From Myxococcales bacterium (GTDB taxonomy: Bacteria; Myxococcota; UBA727; GCA-2721815): 64,000 bases of DNA. Below, in pieces: positions 30,031-38,938 of the stretch (positions are counted from its first letter, which is position 1; each line of letters opens with the position of its first letter). The notes beneath the pieces are model-generated. The model ran no database searches. It saw only the letters and a list, made by a program, of their open reading frames with translations, and was not told where the DNA came from. The stretch covers positions 108,905-172,904 of the forward strand of contig PBLQ01000061.1 of NCBI GenBank assembly GCA_002721815.1, in the 5' to 3' direction. The translations under genes and the position numbers were made by a program.

Positions 30031-30908
30031 CTTTTTTTACGCGAGATTTTTTTGGTTCGCTTCAGTTTCCATTCACCGAGCTTTCGCCGAATGGTGTGTT
30101 CGGACAGTCCCGTCGATCGTGCCAATTCTCGGTTGCTCATGTTGTCGAAGTTTTGCCGAATAAAGGTGTTTGGATCGTCGATGGGATTGGCCGGTTTGCT
30201 GGGAATCGGCATGTCTGCAATTTGCTTTGCACGCTTTTTTCGACGGTCCGTGGCGTTGCCTGCTTCCACCGGTTGGGCCTTGGCCGCTTTGGCTTTGGAT
30301 TTTGCTTTTTTAGCCTTGGATTTTTTGGCGGCTTTCTTTTCCGCCGGTGCGGAGGCCGTATCTTCGGCGAGGCTGCCAAGAAGGTTCTCAGCATTTTGAG
30401 CGGCCAGATCTTCATCGGACATGGGGGCCGCTGCCTGCGCATCCGCGGTGCCTTCAGCCACATTGGGATTCAGGCCAAGAGAGATGAGTTTGGTTAGAAT
30501 TTCACTCTCTTGGAGATCCAAACATCTGGCTAATTCTGTCACGGTTTTGGATTCGCCGAACTCTTTCAAGAATGCTTTGACATTGAGCTTACCGAATTCC
30601 CGCTCTCCACCCACGAGGTAGGAGATGTCCAAGAAGCCCGGGACTGAGCGTTTGACGCGTCCGTAATTCCGTTGTTCACGGTCAAACAATAATGAACCGA
30701 TTTCGTAAGTCATGGAGGGATCAACGGGGCGCGCGGCGGATCGTTTCACGTTTGCGAGCGCTTCTTCTAAGACCGTTCGTCGCCAAGCCAACGCTGTTTC
30801 GCTGGAGTCATTGGATGTGGAGGATTCATCTCCGGGGTTCTCGAAAATATTGGATGTCCCGTCGTTTACATTATCGAGTTCTTCCAGCTGTTTGCTGTTA
30901 AAAATCAA
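30027..30908 (-). CDS. Hypothetical DNA-binding protein with a histone-H1-like Lys/Ala-rich repeat and a C-terminal HTH (sigma-70 region-4-like).
   Basis: PAEKKAAKKSKAKKAKSKAKAAKAQ, and the C-terminal NMSNRELARSTGLSEHTIRRKL. Also an internal IF2_N-like segment TVTELARCLDLQESEILTKLISLGL. Confidence 0.5.
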   Translation of the reverse strand: MIFNSKQLEELDNVNDGTSNIFENPGDESSTSNDSSETALAWRRTVLEEALANVKRSAARPVDPSMTYEIGSLLFDREQRNYGRVKRSVPGFLDISYLVGGEREFGKLNVKAFLKEFGESKTVTELARCLDLQESEILTKLISLGLNPNVAEGTADAQAAAPMSDEDLAAQNAENLLGSLAEDTASAPAEKKAAKKSKAKKAKSKAKAAKAQPVEAGNATDRRKKRAKQIADMPIPSKPANPIDDPNTFIRQNFDNMSNRELARSTGLSEHTIRRKLGEWKLKRTKKISRKKS

Positions 30909-31230
30909 AGTGTCCTCCTAAGGCTCTCACTGGGTCCGATCGCTCCAATATATACGGGCCAGCAGCCCCATTTGGCGCGATTTTCTCGGTGCGAACAAGC
31001 GGGTAACAACCACGGCGATGCCCGTCAAGCAGTGCCAAAGGGTGAGATTTTGCTGGATTAGCCCGTTGACCTTTGGGAGAAGTCTGTTAGATCTTCTCAC
31101 GTTTCGGGCTTACCCAAGTCTGAACCCAAGTGGTGAATGGCCGCATCGGTGTGTCACCGTATTCGATGGTCGAATATGGGAACCCCGGCCCTCTGGCCCA
31201 CGGAGACAGCGTTCTCCCCGAAGGTACAAA

Positions 31231-31590
31231 ATGTCTTTTATCGAAAAAATCCAACAAAATTACTTACGTAGCGACCATCCTGAGTTTCGCGTGGGCGACT
31301 CTTTGCGTGTTCACTTTCGCATTAAAGAGGGCGAAAAAGAGCGTGTTCAGGTCTTCCAAGGCCTGTGTTTGGCCATGAGCCGCAACAGCCATGCTGGTAC
31401 CATCACCGTGCGAAAGATCTCTTTTGGTCAGGGCGTCGAGCGTATTTTCCCCATCTCATCTCCCCGAATCGAAAAGATTGAAGTGGTTCAAAGAGGCCGC
31501 GTGCGTCGTGCCAAGTTGTACTACCTCCGTGCGCTTCGCGGTAAGAAAGCGCGGATTAAAGAACGCCAAGACTGGGGAAAAAAGAAATAA
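31231..31590 (+). CDS. rplS: 50S ribosomal protein L19.
   Basis: MSFIEKIQQNYLRSDHPEFRVGDSLRVHF...GKKARIKE from an internal start in the longer ORF. Confidence 0.95.
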   Translation: MSFIEKIQQNYLRSDHPEFRVGDSLRVHFRIKEGEKERVQVFQGLCLAMSRNSHAGTITVRKISFGQGVERIFPISSPRIEKIEVVQRGRVRRAKLYYLRALRGKKARIKERQDWGKKK

Positions 31591-31627
31591 AAACAGGTGC
31601 TTAAATGTACTTGCCAAGCCGGTGAAG

Positions 31628-31661
31628 CCAGCCTTCCACCGGCTTTTTTTTGAGCAAAAGG
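31628..31661 (+). terminator. Rho-independent terminator after rplS.
   Basis: GCCGGTG ... CACCGGC stem followed by T8. Confidence 0.6.
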
Positions 31662-31675
31662 GTTGGGTTTGAATC

Positions 31676-32725
31676 GTGCAGCATGATCTTTTTTCTAAGT
31701 CGGAGCACAAATCCTATCCCTTCGCCGCGTGGTATATTGAAAATATCAGTAAAATCGCGGGGATAGATGAGGCAGGGCGCGGTCCATTGGCGGGACCCGT
31801 GGTGGCGGCTGCGGTGGTGCTCGATCCCAGCACCACTTTTTTGGCGGAGTTGGGTGATTCGAAAAAGCTGTCCGAGAAAAAGCGCGACGTCCTTTTTGAT
31901 CTGATTCACCAAGAAGCAATAACCGTGGGCGTTTCGGTTGTGAGCCCAGCTGAAATTGATCAATTGAACATTTTACAGGCCACTTTGTTGGGCATGAAAA
32001 ACGCTTTCGCGCGTGCGGAGCAAGAACGGGGCCGTAACATCTTGGGTGCCATCGTCGATGGTAACCAGAGAGTCATGCTTCCCCACAGGGTGGTTCAACA
32101 CACGCTGGTGGGTGGTGATGCCAAATGTCCGTCGGTGATGGCGGCATCGATTATTGCGAAGGTCACGCGAGACCGCCTCATGAAAAAAGCAGACATCGAT
32201 TACCCCGCATATGGGTTCGGAAAACACAAAGGGTACGGAACCAAAGCTCACATCTCGGCACTTCAGGAACATGGTCCTTGTGAATTACATCGAACAAGTT
32301 TTCGCCCCGTCAAGGATGCACTCGTCAAAGCGGAGGGCCGTCTTTCCGTGACCACGACTACCGAAGTGGGTCGAACGGGAGAAGACGAAGCTTCCAATTT
32401 TTTGAAAGCGCAGGGCGTCAGCATTCTCGAAAAAAATTATAAGATGGCACGGGGTGAAATCGATCTCATTGGCATGGATCAAAACACATTGTGTTTTGTC
32501 GAAGTCAAGACGCTTCGCAAAGCTGGATTCAAGCCAGCCCACCACCAAGTGAATGCACGGAAGCAAAAGCATCTCATTCAAGCTGCACAGTCCTACCTTC
32601 AGCGACACCAACGTTATCGTGATCATTCCTGTCGGTTTGACGTTATCTCTGTGGAAGGACCGGTTGAGCGTCCTCAGATCCAATGGCACCGAGCTGCTTT
32701 TGAGAGCCCGGTAAAAGGAATTTAA
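31676..32725 (+). CDS. rnhB: RNase HII fused to a C-terminal YraN/UPF0102-family endonuclease domain.
   Basis: N-terminus IAGIDEAGRGPLAGPVVAAAVVL...DSKKLS is RNase HII. C-terminus EASNFLKAQGVSILEKNYKMARGEIDLIGMDQNTLCFVEVKT is YraN-like. The 349-aa ORF is continuous. Confidence 0.75.
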   Translation: MQHDLFSKSEHKSYPFAAWYIENISKIAGIDEAGRGPLAGPVVAAAVVLDPSTTFLAELGDSKKLSEKKRDVLFDLIHQEAITVGVSVVSPAEIDQLNILQATLLGMKNAFARAEQERGRNILGAIVDGNQRVMLPHRVVQHTLVGGDAKCPSVMAASIIAKVTRDRLMKKADIDYPAYGFGKHKGYGTKAHISALQEHGPCELHRTSFRPVKDALVKAEGRLSVTTTTEVGRTGEDEASNFLKAQGVSILEKNYKMARGEIDLIGMDQNTLCFVEVKTLRKAGFKPAHHQVNARKQKHLIQAAQSYLQRHQRYRDHSCRFDVISVEGPVERPQIQWHRAAFESPVKGI

Positions 32726-33601
32726 ATGACGGGTCGTTTTTTTGTTGTGGCAACGCCCATCGGCAACTTAGGTGATCTCACTTTACGAGGCCAAGAGGTC
32801 CTGTCGGAAGCGGCCGTCATTTTGGCGGAAGATACGCGGCACAGTCAGAAACTGTTAAGAGGTTTGAGCATTGCATTTGAAGAGAAGCAGTTAATTTCTT
32901 GTCATCAGCACAATGAGCTGGATCGATTGAACCTGGTGCTGGATGCATTGGCGGAAGGCAAATGTGTTGCACTGGTTTCCGATGCTGGAACGCCCACCCT
33001 CAGTGACCCCGGTGGACGGCTGATTGAAAAATTAATCCACCAAGGCATAAAAATAGAGGTGTGTCCTGGTGCCAGTGCCTTGTTAGCTGCCTTAATGGGG
33101 GCGGGTTTAAACACCACGCGTTTTGCTTTTTTGGGATTTTTGCCGAAGAAGGGGAAAGAACGCGAAACACGAATCACTTCGGCGTTGGTCGCTGGTTTGT
33201 CGGTGGCATTTTACGAAGCACCAGAGCGCATCGAGAAAACGCTTCAAGATTTAAACCAATGGGTGGGGCCCATCAAAGTAGTGGTGGCCCGCGAACTCAC
33301 CAAAAAATTTGAAACGTTTCACCGGGGTGTATTGGGTTCAGAGCTCGCACCACCCCTGGTGCTCAAAGGTGAGATGGTGGTGGTCCTAGAAGCGCCCCAG
33401 GCGCCTGCCCAAGCCTGGTTGATGGGACTGAGCGAAGAGGCCCAACAAGAAGCCACGCGGGCACGTGTGACTGCTCTGGCTGCAGATTCGTCGCTGTCAC
33501 CAAAGGCTGCGGCGAAAGAATTGATGGTGGCCACGGGGTGGTCACGAAAAGAGGCCTATGATGCCATTGTCGCTGCGCGAAAAGACGAGGGCGAGACCTA
33601 G
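32726..33601 (+). CDS. rsmI: 16S rRNA (cytidine1402-2'-O)-methyltransferase RsmI, with a C-terminal extension.
   Basis: MTGRFFVVATPIGNLGDLTLRGQEVLSEAAVILAEDTRHSQKLL tetrapyrrole-methylase fold. Confidence 0.85.
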   Translation: MTGRFFVVATPIGNLGDLTLRGQEVLSEAAVILAEDTRHSQKLLRGLSIAFEEKQLISCHQHNELDRLNLVLDALAEGKCVALVSDAGTPTLSDPGGRLIEKLIHQGIKIEVCPGASALLAALMGAGLNTTRFAFLGFLPKKGKERETRITSALVAGLSVAFYEAPERIEKTLQDLNQWVGPIKVVVARELTKKFETFHRGVLGSELAPPLVLKGEMVVVLEAPQAPAQAWLMGLSEEAQQEATRARVTALAADSSLSPKAAAKELMVATGWSRKEAYDAIVAARKDEGET

Positions 33602-34854
33602 AAGGTTAAGCCACCGTGAATCATCAGTTCCCAGCCGAGAGATTCTTCAACATAGAGTCGACGGCCGGGTGTGTCTAAGATGGGATTGTACCAATGATTG
33701 ACTTCATTGCTGCTTAAGTCATCGAGGTCAACGTAACCATTACTGTTTTTGTCGGTACCAATGTCTTCGGCAGTAACCATGTGATCGGAGTCGTAGGTAA
33801 AGAGGAAGTCCACATCAAAATGGACAAAAGGCCCTGCTTTAAAATAAAAGCCGGCACCTGCCTCGGTGCGCATGAACTGCTCCACATAAGTGAGGTCGTT
33901 AAAAAGATCGGATATCTCAGAGTAATTGCGGCCTTCCGAAAAATATTCAGTTCCGCCGAACAGGTCGATGGCGAACTTTTGGTCGTAGGCTGGGTCTTCG
34001 TGCGCAATAATTTCAAGACCAGCTCGAACCCCGCCGTGATGCTGTCCGTGCAAGCCCCACAGGGCTTCGCTGGCAGGAATAGGCCCGGTGTAATGCATGA
34101 GGAAATGAGGATCCAAGAAGAGGAAACGTTTGGACATGGCCACCGCCAAACCGATGAGATGGGTCCCGTTGGCCACGTTACCCACGTCGGTGGAGTTGGC
34201 GGCTTCGGTCCACGGGTCCATGTAGGGGAAAAAGGGGGCCGTATAGGACAGATCGAGCGTGGTGGTCACTGAACTTGGTTGACGTTCGTTGTTACTGGGG
34301 GACCATCGGAACCCAAAGGTGGGATTATTGGGACCCGCTCTTTCGGATGAAAATGCACCCGTTGCATTATCGAAACGCCAATCATTATAGGCTTGTCCTT
34401 CGGGAATCCCAAAGTTGCTGGTGGGCCAGCCGTCAACCAAGGTTGGCGAAGCGTTGTTTTGGTCTTGGGCCAAGGACGAATTAGAAGCATTGGTCCCGTT
34501 TGCGTAGATACTGTTTTGATTCCAAGACAACACAATGGGAATTTTGAGATAAAGTGCCAAATCTCTAAACAATCCCAATTCGAGACGGGGTTGAATCATG
34601 TGTTGTGTGCTTTCGTAATTCAGTTCTTTCACTCGCATCACACGGTTCACTTTGTTGGTAGTGTCTTGCTGATAGTTTTCTCGGGTAATGCTCGCGGTGT
34701 GGGTGCGCAAATCGTATTGCATTTCGATGTTAGCATCGAATGGATCGTTATCGTCCATGGCATCGGCCACTTCAGTTATTCGTGCTGAATGTCCAGGGGC
34801 GCACCAAACGGCTGCCATGAGAGCGAAACCCAAAGCAAAAGGCTTAAACCGCAT
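33598..34854 (-). CDS. Putative outer-membrane beta-barrel protein (hypothetical).
   Basis: Signal peptide MRFKPFALGFALMAAVWCAPGHSA, Asn/Gly/Tyr-rich, C-terminal ...IHGGLTF (terminal Phe OMP signature). GGAG RBS. Confidence 0.5.
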   Translation of the reverse strand: MRFKPFALGFALMAAVWCAPGHSARITEVADAMDDNDPFDANIEMQYDLRTHTASITRENYQQDTTNKVNRVMRVKELNYESTQHMIQPRLELGLFRDLALYLKIPIVLSWNQNSIYANGTNASNSSLAQDQNNASPTLVDGWPTSNFGIPEGQAYNDWRFDNATGAFSSERAGPNNPTFGFRWSPSNNERQPSSVTTTLDLSYTAPFFPYMDPWTEAANSTDVGNVANGTHLIGLAVAMSKRFLFLDPHFLMHYTGPIPASEALWGLHGQHHGGVRAGLEIIAHEDPAYDQKFAIDLFGGTEYFSEGRNYSEISDLFNDLTYVEQFMRTEAGAGFYFKAGPFVHFDVDFLFTYDSDHMVTAEDIGTDKNSNGYVDLDDLSSNEVNHWYNPILDTPGRRLYVEESLGWELMIHGGLTF

Positions 34855-34876
34855 TTTCAACTCCAACCCGTTAAAA

Positions 34877-36389
34877 TTAATCAGTTTCGGCCTCATTTTG
34901 CCCTTTTTTTGTTTCGCTGGTCAAGTTTGCGTCCACCTCACCTTTGTCTCGCAGGCCCATTTCCTTCATTTTGAGCTGTAAGCTCTTTCGCGATATTTTC
35001 AATCTTTTCGCCGCTTGGGTAACATTTCCGGTGGTTTCTTCCAATGCGCGTGCGATCAGGTCTTTTTCGATTTCTACGGTGGCCTGTCGAACGATGTCCT
35101 TCATGGAGGCATCTTTTTCGAGTCCTTCTTGAACCGCCGCTTGTACTTGTGTGACCATTTGATGGGCATTTTCGTCTTCTTTACTCATTTTTGCTACAAA
35201 ATCAGGCGGAAGATCGCCAGGTTGCAAAACGGCACCCTCTGCAAAGAGCAAGGTTCTTTCAATGGCATTTTCAAGCTCCCGAATGTTCCCTGGCCAAGGG
35301 TAGACTTTTAACATTTCGAGTACGGCCAGGGATGCTTTTTGCACCGTTTTTTGCAAGCGTTCGTTGTAAATGCTGATGAAGTGGCTCACCAATTCATCGA
35401 TGTCCTCTGGTCGATCGCGCAAAGGGGGCAGGTGCATGGGCACCACATTCAAACGATAGAAGAGATCTTCTCGGAAGGCGCCTTCTTCGATGGCTTGAGA
35501 GAGGTCTTTGTTGGTGGAGGCAATCAATCGGACATTGACATCAATGGTCTTGATGCCTCCGACCCGCTCGAACGAGGCGTTTTGCAGGACCCTCAAGAGT
35601 TTGACTTGGAGCTCAATGGGCATATCGCCAATTTCATCCAAAAATAGTGTGCCCTCATGGGCCAGTTCAAATCGGCCGGGCTTGGCTCCCACGGCACCCG
35701 TGAATGCACCTTTGTCATATCCAAACAGCTCCGACTCAAGGAGGTTTTCTGGAATGGCCCCACAGTTGATGCTGATAAAGGGTTTGTTTTTACGGGAAGA
35801 ACCCTCGTGCAAGGCTTTGGCCACCACTTCTTTACCCGTTCCGGACTCGCCGGTGATGAGAACTGTTGAAGGGGTATCGGCCACCTTTTCGATCATTTGA
35901 TGAATTTGGTCCATGGCGCTGGACTGTCCAATTAAGGACGTCACAAAACCGTCGATATTGCCAGCACGAACACGTGAGCGCGCGTGTTGCCGTTGGCCTA
36001 AGGCTTTTTGCACCACCGTAAGGATTTCTTCTCGCTCGTAAGGTTTGCTCAGAAAATCAAAAGCACCCTTTTTGAGCGCCTGGACGGCCAAGTCCACCGT
36101 TCCGTGAGCGGTGAGCATGATCACCGGTAAATCAGCGTAGGTCAGTACCACTTGTTCCAGTAACGTCATGCCATTCATTTCGGGCATGCGAATGTCGCAA
36201 ACCAAAACATCAAAAGCGTTGTTGCCTTGTGCTTCGGCGGCCGCCAATTGTGCGAGGGCATCGGGCCCGCTTTTGGCCGTTTCGATGTTATACCCGGCAC
36301 GTTTGAGCGTTGCCTTTAAAACCTTCCGTAACGATGCTTCATCATCAACAATGAGGATTCTGCCGGTTTGTTTTTTCTGCTGCAGACAT
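34877..36389 (-). CDS. Sigma-54-dependent response regulator (NtrC family: receiver, AAA+, Fis-HTH). The N-terminal ATG is out of frame by 1 at an A6 run.
   Basis: GESGTGKE Walker A, GAFTGA, ELFGY, FRELFYRLNV and a C-terminal HTH. The receiver RILIVDDE...VLVCDIRMP lies upstream of the table's TTG start. Confidence 0.7.
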
Positions 36390-36418
36390 GAGGGTTCCTT
36401 TAGATTTCTTATGCAACG

Positions 36419-38563
36419 TTAGCCTTTGAGAGACAAGGGTGAGGAACCCATTGGCTTCATCGCCAGGCCCATTTTGGCTTTGAGAGAAGGAAAACGGATG
36501 GCAAAGGTGGTGCCTTCATTGAGGCTGCTCTCTGCACGAATGGAGCCGCCGTGGTGGGTGACGATTCGTTTGCATAGAGCCAGCCCCAGCCCTGTCCCTT
36601 TTTGTTTGGTGGTGAAAAAGGGAATGAATATTTTATCTTTGAGGTGGGGAGGAATGCCAGGCCCTTGATCTTTGATACGAATTTCGATGTGAGTGACATC
36701 ATCGGGGTTATCGGTGATGACGCGACCACCAAAATCAGTGCCGTAACACGTGATGCTGATTTGGCCTTGGCGGTTCATAGCGTCCGCCGCATTAAGAATA
36801 AGGTTCAAAAAAACTTGTCGCAGCTGCTCCGCATCTCCATTAATCTCTGGAACTTGTTCGTCTATGTCCACATGTACTTCAACCGCTTCTTCTAGGTCAT
36901 GCTTGAGGAGTTGAATGGTTTTTTGCAGGGCCACTTGGACAGAGATTGCCGAGAAAGTCCCACCGAAGGGGCGCGCGTAATCTAAGAATTCCACCACCAC
37001 AGTATTCAAGCGATTCACTTCTTCGATCATTATTTCAAAAAGTTCACTGTCTTCTTCAGAAACGTGTTGTGGATCGATGGCCTGGGCGGCCCCTTTGATC
37101 GCAGCGAGAGGGTTTCGGATTTCATGGGCCAAACCCGCACTCATTTCCCCCAGTGTGGCCAGGCGGTCAATTTCTTTAAGTTCGCCAAACATGTGACTGT
37201 TGGCAGTGGTGATGGCCAGTTGCTCGCCGATTTGGATCAACGCGGCTATCTCGTCATTGGTGAAGGCGGCCGTCATGCGTTCGTCGCGAAGGCACAATAA
37301 CCCTACCAAATCATCGGCGCTTTTTAGTGGGAGGATAATATCGGCATTGACGGCCATCATGCCAGTCAGCAAAGCTTCTTCCTCTGCCATACCACCTTCT
37401 TCATTGGCCAAGTTCTCGGTCAAAAAACGGTCACCTTTTTTTTGGTTGATTTGATGTTGTAATGCTTCCTTGATGAGCGGGGTTGGAGATGGCCCCATCC
37501 AGTATCTAAAAAAAACAGGCTCTTTTTTTCCGCTTACAAAATTTTGGGGTCGGGGACCACGGTACATCTGTCGGTTGAATCCCAGGCCGGCGCGGTCCAA
37601 TAAATAAATGCTGGCGTGGGTGGCTCTTTTTTGGTCGTAGATATCATCCAAAACCATTTCAAAGGCTTGGGTTAAATCGATGGTGGTCGCGAGGCGTCTG
37701 GCGATTTGACGCAGTTCACGCTTGAAGGTCACATGCTCACGAAAAAACAAACGGGTGGTGGTTTCTTCTAAATAGGCACGCATGGGATCGTAAAGAATCA
37801 AAATGAGAGATGAGGCTAAAAAGGTATTGAACAAGAAGATGGGCGCGGTCCCCGCCCAGATGACCAACAGGCCGTACAAGAGCGCCAATACCAATGCCAA
37901 CGTACCGAAGACGATGGCCTTGCCGAGCAGCTCGTGAAGATCGAGTAAACGAGAAAAGAGGAGGGCTTGGCTGAGAAAATACAAGTAGACAGCCACGCCC
38001 AAGCCGCCCAACGCCGGCAAAGGCAAGTTGAGCAAATAGGCGCAATCAAAAAGTATGCCCAGCAAGGTGCCCAAGCCGCCGTAGGAAAGGTAACGCAATC
38101 GGGTGCGTTCCGCCAAGCTCTCCACCTCTACGGCCCGTTGACTCACCGCTTGAATGCGCGCCACCAAGAAGGCCAACACAATTACCCCAGAGCCAACTTG
38201 AACCCACAACATGCGTGCCAAAGGCGTCAACCCGCAAAGAATGATTAGGACCCCGACGAAAGTGGTTTTTCGTCGACGTTCGCGGGCCATTAAGCCGGCT
38301 TCCCCCATGAGTGCGTCGAAAAAATAAGTGGCTGTTACCACGATGAGCCCGGCCAACATGATGCGTACATGCATGAGCCAGATTTTTTGGGCGATGACCG
38401 TATCTAGAAGTATGGTGGCGTAAAAAAATGAAATACTGGAACTGAAATAGGCGAAGCGCAAGTTGAGTTTTCGCCGCGAGCGCAAGAGCAGGGCGATGGT
38501 ACTGGCAATGGCCACAATGATGGCCACCAAGGCCGATTGGGTTGAAAAATTCCACATATTCAT
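36419..38563 (-). CDS. Sensor histidine kinase with a multi-TM N-terminal sensor, a GAF-like domain, HisKA and HATPase_c.
   Basis: About 8 hydrophobic segments in the first 300 aa. H-box LAHEIRNPL; N, G1, G2 boxes (DAMNRQG, GTGLGLAL). Confidence 0.85.
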   Translation of the reverse strand: MNMWNFSTQSALVAIIVAIASTIALLLRSRRKLNLRFAYFSSSISFFYATILLDTVIAQKIWLMHVRIMLAGLIVVTATYFFDALMGEAGLMARERRRKTTFVGVLIILCGLTPLARMLWVQVGSGVIVLAFLVARIQAVSQRAVEVESLAERTRLRYLSYGGLGTLLGILFDCAYLLNLPLPALGGLGVAVYLYFLSQALLFSRLLDLHELLGKAIVFGTLALVLALLYGLLVIWAGTAPIFLFNTFLASSLILILYDPMRAYLEETTTRLFFREHVTFKRELRQIARRLATTIDLTQAFEMVLDDIYDQKRATHASIYLLDRAGLGFNRQMYRGPRPQNFVSGKKEPVFFRYWMGPSPTPLIKEALQHQINQKKGDRFLTENLANEEGGMAEEEALLTGMMAVNADIILPLKSADDLVGLLCLRDERMTAAFTNDEIAALIQIGEQLAITTANSHMFGELKEIDRLATLGEMSAGLAHEIRNPLAAIKGAAQAIDPQHVSEEDSELFEIMIEEVNRLNTVVVEFLDYARPFGGTFSAISVQVALQKTIQLLKHDLEEAVEVHVDIDEQVPEINGDAEQLRQVFLNLILNAADAMNRQGQISITCYGTDFGGRVITDNPDDVTHIEIRIKDQGPGIPPHLKDKIFIPFFTTKQKGTGLGLALCKRIVTHHGGSIRAESSLNEGTTFAIRFPSLKAKMGLAMKPMGSSPLSLKG

Positions 38564-38666
38564 AGTCTTCTACCTGATATTTGTGTTTCAAACCTCATTT
38601 TCTTGTGTTTTCATTGGCCTAGACCTATTCATGGGGTAGAAGCAAAGCGACATTTGAGGAATTTTA

Positions 38667-38938
38667 TGGGTCATCAAATCTCACAACCAGAAGTAGCCAA
38701 TCGCCTGGCGCGCGCCATCGCTTCAGATATCTCCATTTTCCACGAGCACCAAATCGTCAGAGGGATTCAAGAGGATAATCTCTTTGAAGTTCTGGCCGAG
38801 CCTCTTGCGGAGGGCAGGGCCCTATACGAACAACGGGTCGAAGAACAGATTTGTACCGAGCAAGACTTTTATGAGCGCGCGGTGGTGGACATTATCTTTA
38901 AGCTCAAGGGCCAGCAGGTACGTTCGGAAATCTGGTGA
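38667..38938 (+). CDS. Hypothetical small protein (~90 aa), translationally coupled to rluD.
   Basis: GAGGA RBS 5 nt before the ATG. Its stop overlaps the rluD GTG start. No motif I recognise. Confidence 0.4.

Noticed and set aside
30230-30330. GC-rich repetitive 'gccttggc' DNA
   Set aside because: It encodes the KAKK/AKA histone-like tract of the 30027..30908 protein.
36168-36422. Plus-strand 84-aa ORF spanning the HK/RR junction
   Set aside because: It is antisense to the response regulator N-terminus and the kinase stop.
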